This document shows positions 11,101 to 20,718 of a stretch of 64,000 nucleotides of DNA, piece after piece. Where the stretch lies: contig NW_026854858.1 in assembly GCF_026571515.1 (NCBI RefSeq), positions 1-64,000 on the forward strand, in the 5' to 3' direction. The notes below the pieces were generated by a model. It made no database searches and was not told where the DNA came from. It was given only the letters and a program-made list of their open reading frames with translations. The position numbers were made by a program, and so were the translations under genes. Source of the stretch: Ruditapes philippinarum. Its lineage: Eukaryota. Each line of letters opens with the position of its first letter. Positions within the stretch are counted from its first letter, which is position 1.

Positions 11101-14070
11101 AGGCAATTAGTACTCAGTCTAGTAACTGATTGACAAACGGTGGCTAAACTGTGTTTGGTAAATTCAGAGTGGCTTACTGCCAAAACCACCACACTAACCA
11201 TGTCTTAATTCATCACCATTTACAGTACATGTTGTGTTGTTTTTCACATAAAAAATGAAGAGTTTTTTTGTTGCTTTTAATAGTATATTACATTTCTGTT
11301 CTATATTTCAGGGAATAGTTGCTATTAGACCACTTGTGGCAAAAGGCAGTCAAGTCTGTTTCATTTCACAAGTGGTAAAATACTGGCCTGGAACAGAAAA
11401 AGCTGTAACTAACCGGCATGGGGTATGATATTTTGTGCTTATATTATTCATTATAAGTTTGATAAGTAAATTATATAGTAAACACTAAACTATTATTCAC
11501 TCTAAGTTTGATAAGTAAATTGTATAGTTAACACTCCAAAAAATATTTTAGAATGTCCTTAATCTAGTTCAAGAGTTTTAATCGATCATGGGCGTCGTGA
11601 TAAGACACCTGTTTTAATTGGTTTGAAAAGGTTTCAAGCAGTTTTAAGAATCGACCTATAAGAACCGGCTGCCGTTACAGATTGGAATATCTAGCTCGAT
11701 GGTAAGTGTAAGCTAAACAGTTACTCGAGAGCTAAAGATATTCCCGTCTATACCGACAGACGATGTTTGAATCTTTTTCTTGCATATTATCACCGTGTAT
11801 ATCCAGTAACGCAGGAATGTGTAAATGACGCTGTGTGCTAAAGTAACGCATAATTGTGCAATTTAGTGGCTAAAACGAGCAACGCGATAAGTAAATGGAT
11901 CAATATTATTATGGTGCGCCAAATTGGAAGAAATGAATTAGCGCATACATTTGCTGAGACATTTTACTTTGAACCTCATTAAAAATATTTCCATGAAAAT
12001 GTTTATTTTTCAAGATCATTCGTATCTATGTATCTATAAATACAATAACGTAGACTACATATTACTTTATGATTTTTTTTTGTATTCGGTGTACCTGAGA
12101 CATTTTCCAATCTACTCGTATCATATTACACAAAAATTAGCAGATAAAACGTAATTTAGACCATTTTTACGAGGTAACGCCGAATGAAGCACTGAAGTAA
12201 CGGCGGTTATCTACCAAAGACCGGTAGGGACATTTCAACTTCATAAATTTCCGATTTCATCTTCGTGAATTCACGATTTCAACTTCACGAACTTACGATT
12301 TCTACTTCATTAATCGTGAATTCGTAAAGTTGAAATCGTGAATTCGTGAAGTTGAAATCGTGAATTCACGAAGTTAAATTCGTGAAGTTGAAATCGTGAA
12401 TTCGTCAAGTTAATCGTGAATTCATGAAGTTGAAATAGTGAATTGATGAAGGTGAAATCGTGAATTCATGAAGCTGAAATCGTGAACTCCGTATGTTGAA
12501 AACGTGAATTTTCACGAAGTTAAAATTGTGAATTCGCAGGGATGAAATCGGAAAGTTGAAATGTCCCCACCGGTCTTTCGTAGTTATCTCTAAAAGTAGC
12601 TATATCCTATTTTACTAGCTTCCTTCTATTGTTATACGGCACTTCTAGTTTGACAAAATATCTAACGGTATACAGAATATGAAAAAAAATAAAGTTTTAA
12701 ATGTGTTTTAATTAAATGTACATATTTATTTGACGAAACAGAAAGGTCACCTTCAAAACGGTAATCAGGTTGTCTTTCTCACGAATGATCTAAAGTAGTA
12801 AACACATTCCTGAAAAAAATTGTCATGCTGGTTAAAGTATAATGTCGTAGCAGCCGTATGCGCTAATTCATTTCTTTAAATTTTATATAGAATAAAATAT
12901 TTTGGTTCGTATACTTACTGTGTTATTCGTTTTGGCAATAGCGTTGCACAGATGCGGTGTTACTTTTACGTTAATTGCACATTCCTGCGTTACTGGATAT
13001 GCACGGTGACTCCTGTCTAATTGAACTTCACCAAGTTGAGTCTTAATGTTACTTTTTATATTAAAAGAAAATTCTTACAAATTTTGATTTAAAAATTTCT
13101 TGATTGTGCGCGAGGGATAATATCAAAATGATCAAGATGTTAAAGTATCCCACACCGAGGTATTCAAATTCGTTGTCATAATTCAACCTAAGGGACGATT
13201 CACTTGCTTCTTTATTTTTCAAAGTAATAATATTTTAAATGATGTTTATCCATTTACCGCTTTCTTTACGCATACATTTAATTTCTTTCCTTTACAGACC
13301 ACAATAAATGCACCGAAATCAACAAATTACTACAAAGTAAAGAAGGTATTCCCGTCAAACCTTGACCCTCTTTCTATACAAAGTATAGCTGACTTCTGTA
13401 ACGTAGATTCGGACCATATATTCTACATGGATCCCATTGAAAATGGTAAGACCTAGCTTGAAGATAAGTATAATAGATAAAGGACTTTTAAATGCTGATA
13501 AGGTGTCAATCAGCCATATGTTGCAGGATATATAATTCCACTAACTAAGTAATTCACTAAATGTTTATCTTCAAGAATTATATTTGTGCTATAACGATAT
13601 CTAAATATACCGTTATGCATAAAAACATAATAAATTTCAGATCATTCGTTTTTCCAGAATAATTATTTAAATTGTAAAAACAATGAAAATCATTTAAACG
13701 CTTGTCAGTCAATCGGGCTATGAAATGCATAAACATACGATTTTTAATTTATTTCAAAGTATATGTCTTTACCATCTTTGCATATATTTCTGTTTAAAGT
13801 GCCCTAGCTCAAGTATGTAAGGTATTCAAATGTTATATTTTTAGGCTTTTAAACATCGGTGGAGTCCCTTTAAACCATTTGTTTAGTAGGGAATAGTGTG
13901 CAGCGTGTTGAAATTGTATTTACCTTACGTTCAAGCACATTGCTTATACGTTACATAATTATTTATTTTCAGTGAAAGGTTACAAACAGAAGTTGAAGAT
14001 CCATGGACTCTTTGGACGCTTGGTTGTTGGTATTCCGGATAAACACATTGATACAGTATTTGGTAATTGA
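8090..14070 (+). CDS. Secreted BRICHOS-domain protein (5 exons, 198 aa) with cationic C-terminal peptide
   Basis: Hand-spliced exons 8090-8155, 9018-9191, 11312-11422, 13298-13445, 13973-14070. All introns are GT-AG with consistent phases (0,0,0,1); 597 nt open to TGA. Protein: MDFRVLQLLIFIGLFNCILASK|VYEWQNNWGSGLSTKEFAQIHELDKTITHYATDESASAKSSPAVSLYDLNTREDDFKK|GIVAIRPLVAKGSQVCFISQVVKYWPGTEKAVTNRHG|TTINAPKSTNYYKVKKVFPSNLDPLSIQSIADFCNVDSDHIFYMDPIEN|VKGYKQKLKIHGLFGRLVVGIPDKHIDTVFGN. It has a signal-peptide-like N-terminus and the BRICHOS pattern DFKKGIVAIR...CFI...IADFC..HIFYM with exactly two Cys in the mature part (domain call by pattern recognition). AATAAA signals follow the stop. Confidence 0.82.
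9018..9191 (+). CDS. BRICHOS gene exon 2
   Basis: Acceptor tcttattcag|GTT, donor AAG|gtacgt; 58 codons, in frame with track ORF 8988-9284. Confidence 0.8.
9430..10565. repeat. Palindrome-bearing non-autonomous element(s) in intron 2 (Crypton-like, tentative)
   Basis: Hairpin 9439-9524; TTTATTACCCTTC (9531) is inverted relative to GAAGGGTAATAAA at 10018 and 10548; second inverted pair ~10172-10207 / 10347-10380. Confidence 0.45.
10919..11201 (+). mobile_element. tRNA-derived SINE (MetaSINE-like) in intron 2
   Basis: A-box TTGCTCAGTAGG, B-box GGTTCGATTCC, central GATTGATCATAAAATCCGTTCTACGGTCATTC resembling the Meta domain, AC-rich tail; 10-bp TSD GTCTTAATTC at 10909-18 and 11202-11. Confidence 0.8.
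11312..11422 (+). CDS. BRICHOS gene exon 3 (first conserved Cys)
   Basis: Acceptor ctatatttcag|GGA, donor GGG|gtatga; GIVAIRPLVAKGSQVCFISQVV... Confidence 0.8.
11791..13008. mobile_element. Larger non-autonomous DNA element with long imperfect inverted repeats (host of the 12211 MITE)
   Basis: CACCGTGTATATCCAGTAACGCAGGAATGTG (11791) vs inverted copy ending 13008; inner pair AAGAAATGAATTAGCGCATAC (~11928) vs GTATGCGCTAATTCATTTCTT (~12856). No clear TSD. Confidence 0.65.
12211..12583. mobile_element. MITE with 29-bp TIRs and internal ~21-bp minisatellite
   Basis: TIRs CTACCAAAGACCGGTAGGGACATTTCAAC / CTACGAAAGACCGGTGGGGACATTTCAAC (27/29 match); 4-bp TSD TTAT; interior (TCGTGAATTCGTGAAGTTGAAA)-like tandem units. 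Confidence 0.85.
13298..13445 (+). CDS. BRICHOS gene exon 4 (second conserved Cys)
   Basis: Acceptor ttctttcctttacag|ACC, donor G|gtaag; ...SIADFCNVDSDHIFYMDP... Confidence 0.8.
13615..13872. repeat. Dispersed repeat (TTAA-ended DNA element remnant) in intron 4, also at ~3060-3350
   Basis: AGATCATTC...TTTTCCAGAATAAT...GGAGTCCCT|TTAA is shared with 3062-3351 (...GGATCTCCT|TTAA). Confidence 0.55.
13973..14070 (+). CDS. BRICHOS gene exon 5 (C-terminal cationic peptide, stop)
   Basis: Acceptor tttattttcag|TG, phase 1 matches the exon 4 donor; reads VKGYKQKLKIHGLFGRLVVGIPDKHIDTVFGN*. Confidence 0.75.
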
Positions 14071-16500
14071 AAAATCAAATAAAAAAATATACACATTATA
14101 TAGATTGATATTTCAAACGTGATTTTTCATACGAATATTGTTTTAACCAAATAAATTCTAAAACGAGTTAATGCCAATAAAAGATTGATATATTTAAAAG
14201 GTGAAATTGTTTCTTTCTTATTAATCATCTGGAAATTAGGTATATATGATTATTTTTCTATATACTAAGAGTTCTTTATATAGAACATATTCAAATTTCA
14301 GGATGTACAGGCTGCTGAGATTGAAATCTTATGTTGCGAATTTTTGGAATTTCAGGATAAAGATTGAAAACGAAAGTCTTGCGAGAGTTCTATGTACATA
14401 ATAAAACTTGACTAATTTTTATTTCATTTCTTTCTTAGGTTTTCTTCGTCAAAATGCTTCGGATTTTTTAAGAAATTTTTACTGTAAGTGAAGGTTGCAG
14501 AGTAAAATGTTAGATTAATTCTAATGTATTTTATTTTCAGCAGTCATATAATGAATCAACATATAAATGTCATACTGAAGTGAGGATAGCCTCATATAAT
14601 AATTATTTGTGTTATTGCATGTTTTACATATGTGTTTAAACACACCACTGAATAGCCTTTTCCCTTATTATTTTTTACAATGTGTATGTTTGTTGAAGCT
14701 TATTACTACATTTGGCACACTGTTTTTGCACGTTAAATACTATATTAGAATTATTCCGTTTCAAATCACTGATTTTTTAGGTTTGATTGTTAAAATTGTA
14801 TTGTTATTGTATAGTTTTGATATTGTATACCAGATATATGTTAACGTGTATAATGATTCATATTGCACTGTTAAGAAATTTATATTGCATACATTGCTCA
14901 GCGTTACAGTTTGATATTACACGGTTATAAAGACTTATAGCACGACGCTTATTGACCATTCTATATTGATGTTATAATGTTTACTGAACGGTTATTTCTT
15001 AGAGCTAAAATTATTTTCTATATAATTAACTATAATTTATATGTTTAAATACGGGCGTGCCCTGCTTTTATTGTAATTTTCTTTGATCACCATTTCCTTT
15101 ATTTTGCGTAACGTGTGGTCGTATAACTGACACTTCTTTGTTTTTGTTGATGTACTAAAATAATTTAGAAATCTGTTTGATTTTTTTAAATAATATAGTT
15201 GATATTATATATTGTTGCTGTTTTAAGCAAAACGCATTTGATTTTTTTAAGGTTTTAGTAAAGAAAATGAAATAAAAATTATTTGTCTTCTTCTTTATTT
15301 GACTCCATGCATAGACGTTTAATACATAACATATATAACAATATTGTGTTAATGTAAAATACATATTTATTAACCTTCGCCGTCGTCTACTTTAAAGGAA
15401 AACATTGCCCATGTAGATGACTAAGTTAGAAAATTAAAACATCTATATCTTTAAAAAAAAGTCAGTATGTTTTAAAGATATTTTATCCTTTATAAAATAA
15501 ATTTGATAGCATTTCTGACCCCTAATCGTCCTTTAATGTTAAATAATGGATAATTATGACGTAATATCACTGATAAAAGCCTCTTTTTCTGTAGCAAAGT
15601 AATTTTTGACACGAAGTAAAGATAACTTACAATAACATTGGTTATAAAAGTCAGGCTCGTAAAAGTTTATATTTGATTTGCCATGGTCATTTCAATATAC
15701 AATGTAAAATTTCAAGGTAACTTACGGCATCTTTAGATCAGAATTATCTCCTTTGACACAAATAGTTACGCAGAAGTCGTAAAAGTTTTCACATAGTCAA
15801 CAGTGATAATGATTCCTATATTGTACTATCAATGAAGTCAGGAGGTAAATAAAACAAAGATATTTTCTTGCTTGTGTCTCTGCATTCTAGGTCACTAACA
15901 CCTTGTTGTTTTTTTAATTCACATAGTATATCTACGTTGCAACTCTATACTAGCTACATGTTGTCCCCATTTAAAATACTTTTGTATAATGGTAAAACAG
16001 GAATAAAGATACAATTTCATGATAATTTAGAATAAAAGTATAACGACTTTCAAGCTCACAAATAGAAAAAGCGGCAATAAAACAATTCTAATTAATACAA
16101 CGTAAATAGAAAATCGTTTCCCACAATCAACTAGCTTTTTTGTACTTCACACTGAAAAAAAATAAATCAAAGGCCCTTTATGCCTAAGAAGTGCTATCAT
16201 AACTTCCCAAAATGTGTTTATGTTTTGGTACTTGTTACAATTTCAAAAATATACTAATTTGCTAAATACCTGAACTATCTTATACATCTTTTGCATTGTT
16301 AACAATAAGTATAATTTAAGTAAATAAGTATTTTGTATGGAAGTCAAATACTACTTTGTTTACATTCTGCTACCTTTACGATACATAAATAGAGCTTACC
16401 TTATCAAACACATGTTTGACATTTCTAACGAATATAAAATATGGATTTCTGAGGCATAATATGTATATAACGAAAAGGTGACCCTTTTAAACGGGATATC

Positions 16501-16622
16501 AATTTATGGAGGCAGACAGAGTGCTTATTTCAAAATCGAACTAAATTAATAGGTTTAATCTAATTTATGGATGCAGACAGAGTGCTTATTTCAAAATCGA
16601 ACCAAATAAATAGGTTTAATCT
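16501..16622 (+). repeat. 61-bp tandem duplication
   Basis: AATTTATGGA(G/T)GCAGACAGAGTGCTTATTTCAAAATCGAAC...AGGTTTAATCT x2. Confidence 0.9.
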
Positions 16623-17319
16623 AAAATTGACAAATCACATTTATATTTTGTGATACATGTAGCAAAATTCGCCGAAAACTACTTTTTGCATTATGTTAAC
16701 TATGACTTCGTGTCCCAATTTGAGTTCTATGCAGGTGATTTAAGTTTACCTATGGAAATCACGAAATTTACGCCTACGAATCATGCGCAAATATATTTAA
16801 CTTATAAAACCAATGTAATTTTATAAGTTTCAATGTAAGTAAAGGAGTGATATACGTTTATGCGAAAATAGATGAAAAAAGAAATATCAGTGTAAAACAT
16901 TTTTAATCTCCAGATAAATATGGGGTTTACATTTCCATTTAATAAGAGGTAGTAAATGCACAACTTTATGCAACAAAAACAACACAAGCAACAAAATAAA
17001 ACAACAATAATTGGGTAAAATTGAGAGTATAATATGGCATTTAAGATTTGTTAAAACAAACAAAAACAACAATATACTAACCAAATTTCAAAACATTATA
17101 ATTAAAAATATATAAGTATTCAAAATAAGAACAAAACAAGGGAGGTAAAAGCTGCATATTTAAATATGAATATGAACTAAAGTTTGCGAATTTTGATGTT
17201 ATGAAGAAAAGCTATATAATACATGAATCGTTTTAGTTTAATTCACTAAAGAACATGTTTAAAATTAAATATTATTTATTAAATGTACAATTTAAAATTA
17301 ATGATATTTATCACCTTAA

Positions 17320-17676
17320 AGATCCTGTAACACATTATTTTTATGGTTTTATATACAAATTATGATGTTTAAATTAAGATTTATCGATATTGTAAGTTTC
17401 AAAAAACATTATTTATAAAGATATTACCGAATTTAATATTTCATGTAAATAAAGGGAGGTAATTAGAATTTAGTTTTCTATAAATTCTAAGTCAATTTTT
17501 CCAATAAGAAATGAATGCATATAATTTAATGATTACCTTGAATATGTACAAATATTTGCAATACATATTTTACATATTCTTCCATGTTTGAAAATTGACA
17601 AATTTTGCATAATTACATACATATATAATTCAATGAAGAGTGGTATACAATCTCAATTACAAAACATACAGGATCT
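17320..17676. mobile_element. TTAA-flanked MITE (Kolobok-like)
   Basis: TTAA|AGATCCTGTA...TACAGGATCT|TTAA; shorter related copy at ~49770-49980. Confidence 0.65.
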
Positions 17677-18374
17677 TTAAACGTATGTGACTATCATTTT
17701 GACAGTAACCCAACAGGGGAGATAAGCGTTATACTCTAAGTACTATATTTTACTTAGTTGTAAGTTCATTTAACGATGAAAATTGTTCGGCGTTCTTTCA
17801 TTCAAATATGACTGTCGACATACATTTATATGAAAATAATATATATATACATATAGATGTCGGAAGGTACTAACTAGTACATAATGCTCGTCTTCGTATA
17901 ACAAAATAATGAAATAGTCATTTAATTAAACAGTAGAATAAATTAATACCATAACAATGGGTATGTAAACTTTTGCATTGATCAAACAAATAAGTCTGTA
18001 TGTTAATCTTTTAACAATATTGTGCACGAGTTTTTAATCTTACACAATGTAAAATGCATTTTTTATGTAATGTAGCACTTTCTAAAGCTTCATGAATTGT
18101 AGATAAACACGGCACGTGGACATATGAAGCAAAAACACAGCAAAAACAATTAATAAATTAAATATAAAACAAAAACAATCAACAAACAGACATTTGTTTT
18201 GGTGCAAACTTTTTCCGTCGGTCGTAAACACTTTTCAACTAGGATACTATATAATATTTAACAATTATTATAATCATATAAAATAGCATCTATCATTGTT
18301 TCAAAATTGCATGTTAATAGAATGTTTAATTTACATTTTTAATTATCTTTAGTTCATACAGAAATTTATTTAAG

Positions 18375-18510
18375 GTCGATTATGTAGCAAGCTACCAACT
18401 TTCTCTCTCGAATCCGTTTATTGATCCAACCAGTACTGAGAATTAAGTTTAAAGTTTCTTGCTCACGGAAAATACGGCTTGCCCTTGACGGGGTTTGAAC
18501 TCAACGGCCA
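18375..18510 (-). mobile_element. Degraded CORE-type SINE fragment
   Basis: Reverse complement shows B-box GAGTTCAAACCCC followed by GAGCAAGAAACTTTA...CTCAGTACTGGTTGG; a related + strand fragment lies at ~38835-38925. Confidence 0.5.
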
Positions 18511-19850
18511 GCAATTCATAGATTATTTGTCATTATCCTATAAGCTCAGGTTTAGATTTAAACTTAGCAGAAGATCCTAAATATACTGATAATTATACAC
18601 ATTAGCAATTGTAATTCAGATTGTACTCAGAAATATGAACTTTCATTTCATAACGCTTATATTATAATACAGCATTAGTATTGTTAGGATAATATCAACA
18701 TGTGAAGTTTTTATTAACCTCATATATATACGTTCTATAAAGCGGGTTAAAAATAGGTTCAACCTTATTTATTCACCATTCATCCCATAAGCAGTTAAAC
18801 AAACAGATATATATTAATATATATTCCGGAAAATCCTTAAAATCGTGATACACCATTCAACATCAGTCCATTGTATAGATAAATCATTTAGATAAATACA
18901 TTCATATGCAAGTAAGTTATAATCAGTGATTTATTTACTTTAACATACTTATAGATAAGAGAATGAACAGTTTATCTATTTAACATGCATGTTATAAATT
19001 GAAATAAGCGGTGACACGCTTGCCATGGTATTTTATCACGTAGTAGAGTATGTGGATTTCGTGACATATCACGCTATCTGGGAAAAATAATTATTTCCCA
19101 AATACATGTTTTGTAACGAAATTTCTCGACGAATGCAAGCATGTTTAATTTTGAATTAATTAAGGTATATTTTAAATAGCATTTCCTACTGAAAACACCA
19201 GGGATGAATTATATATCGCCTAAAAGAATGCTTTGGATGAAAGAAAACGCTAAAAATATAGGATTTTTTTCCAGCGTGCTTGCTTACTTAAGCTCCCATT
19301 AACAATTTTTTATGTACTGACCTTACAATGGCAAACAATCGTCTAACAAATATTATGATATACAAGAAAGGGTAGAGTAATGTAGTACATGCATAAATAA
19401 GTTTTCAATAAAGCATTCATTTAACATTACCGAAAAGAATGACATAATTTGACGAACAAATGTTTCTTTTCTAATAATAAAAGAGTGCATGAAAGACTGT
19501 TTCGGACCGGGCTTTAGACTTCATCAGCATGAACGCAGTAATAGTCTTATATCGAACTTGCAACATCACTGGATGAAAAAGACACAAGTTGTGTCCCTTT
19601 GTGCCACATTTAAGAATTACTCTCTTAAAAATCCAGCTTACTTACATGATACAAAACCGAAAAGTCCCTAACGAAATCATAACCAATGGCGGTGAGAAGA
19701 AGAGCGTTTCCAAGTAAGAAACACTAACCAGTCAGACACCGAGTACAACCCGTCAAGAAATCCTAAAATCTTATCGTCTGCCATATCTTTCTTTAGGAAA
19801 TATTACACTTCGAACTATATAAACCCGTAAATGACTTATGACAATATTTC

Positions 19851-19994
19851 TGTCACAGGGTGAGAAAAATGTGCAGCCTGACCAGGACTCGAACCCGGGA
19901 TTTTCGGAATACCGTTCCGCGGCTCTAACGACTGAGCTATCCGGCCGCTTACACATCTTCTCCCCTAATTAGTGAACAGTTCTGAACCGTGACA
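19851..19994 (-). mobile_element. 144-bp solo LTR containing a tRNA-like sequence (Helenus-type TRIM)
   Basis: TGTCAC...GTGACA termini; 4-bp TSD TTTC (19847-50 / 19995-98). Minus strand carries A-box TAGCTCAGTCG and B-box GGTTCGAGTCC. No SINE tail. Confidence 0.7.
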
Positions 19995-20431
19995 TTTCAT
20001 TTTTAAATAAAACAGTTTTCTTTTAAAAATAATACATTCATTATAGATACCCTTACAAAAAAACCCATAACACCTTGTTTCTATTCTTATCTATGCAATA
20101 TATTAGAAATAAAAAAAAACACACCCAATATTAATAAAAAAAAGTTAAAAAAAAACAGTCGAACATGTATATTTGTTACCGAAATATGTTTCACATTAAA
20201 GTCAGTGTGCACTACATTGAGTGAAGTTCACAAAGCAATAAAAAGGGAAATAACAAATGGCCATTGATGGATTCCACTGAACTTTATGGCAAGAAAATTG
20301 TTACAATATCATTTCATTCAAATACTATATTATATATCAGAAAAATACAATAAGTTAATAAGAACATTGAAATGATATAAATGCGTGTTAATAAATAAGC
20401 TTCAATTTCTCAGTCAATTTTCGTGTTAGAA

Positions 20432-20718
20432 TTACTTTCCGCTAAAAGAAGAGTAAAGGACCAACTTTGCACAAAGACCATCTGATTCTATAAGCCAATG
20501 TTTAAGTATGTCCTGCAAGTCTTCTTTCTTTCCTTTCTGTCGTGCCAGTTCTTCTAGGATTCTATCTGCACGTGCTCGTGGTATCTGTAAAACTGCACCA
20601 GAAACACCCGTACCAACCGACCACAAAGCTGCGTTTATTAGTTGTTCTTGGTCCTCACCTTGCCATAACGACCACAAGAAACGACCTTTTAAATATACAG
20701 CATACAAAACAACATAAC
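20432..20718 (-). CDS. Exon 3 (terminal) of uncharacterised helical protein
   Basis: Acceptor ttgtctatcaag|GT; GYVVLYAVYLKGRFLWSLWQGEDQEQLINAALWSVG...SSFSGK*. Confidence 0.72.

Noticed and set aside
12240-12560. Regular short repeats resembling a CRISPR array
   Set aside because: No unique spacers, eukaryotic intron context; it is a minisatellite inside a TIR/TSD-bounded MITE.
19885-19947. tRNA gene
   Set aside because: A/B boxes are present, but the acceptor and anticodon arms are non-canonical and it is enclosed in TG...CA termini with a TSD. The tRNA-like heads at 10919, 41430-41505 and 43200-43276 are likewise SINE heads.
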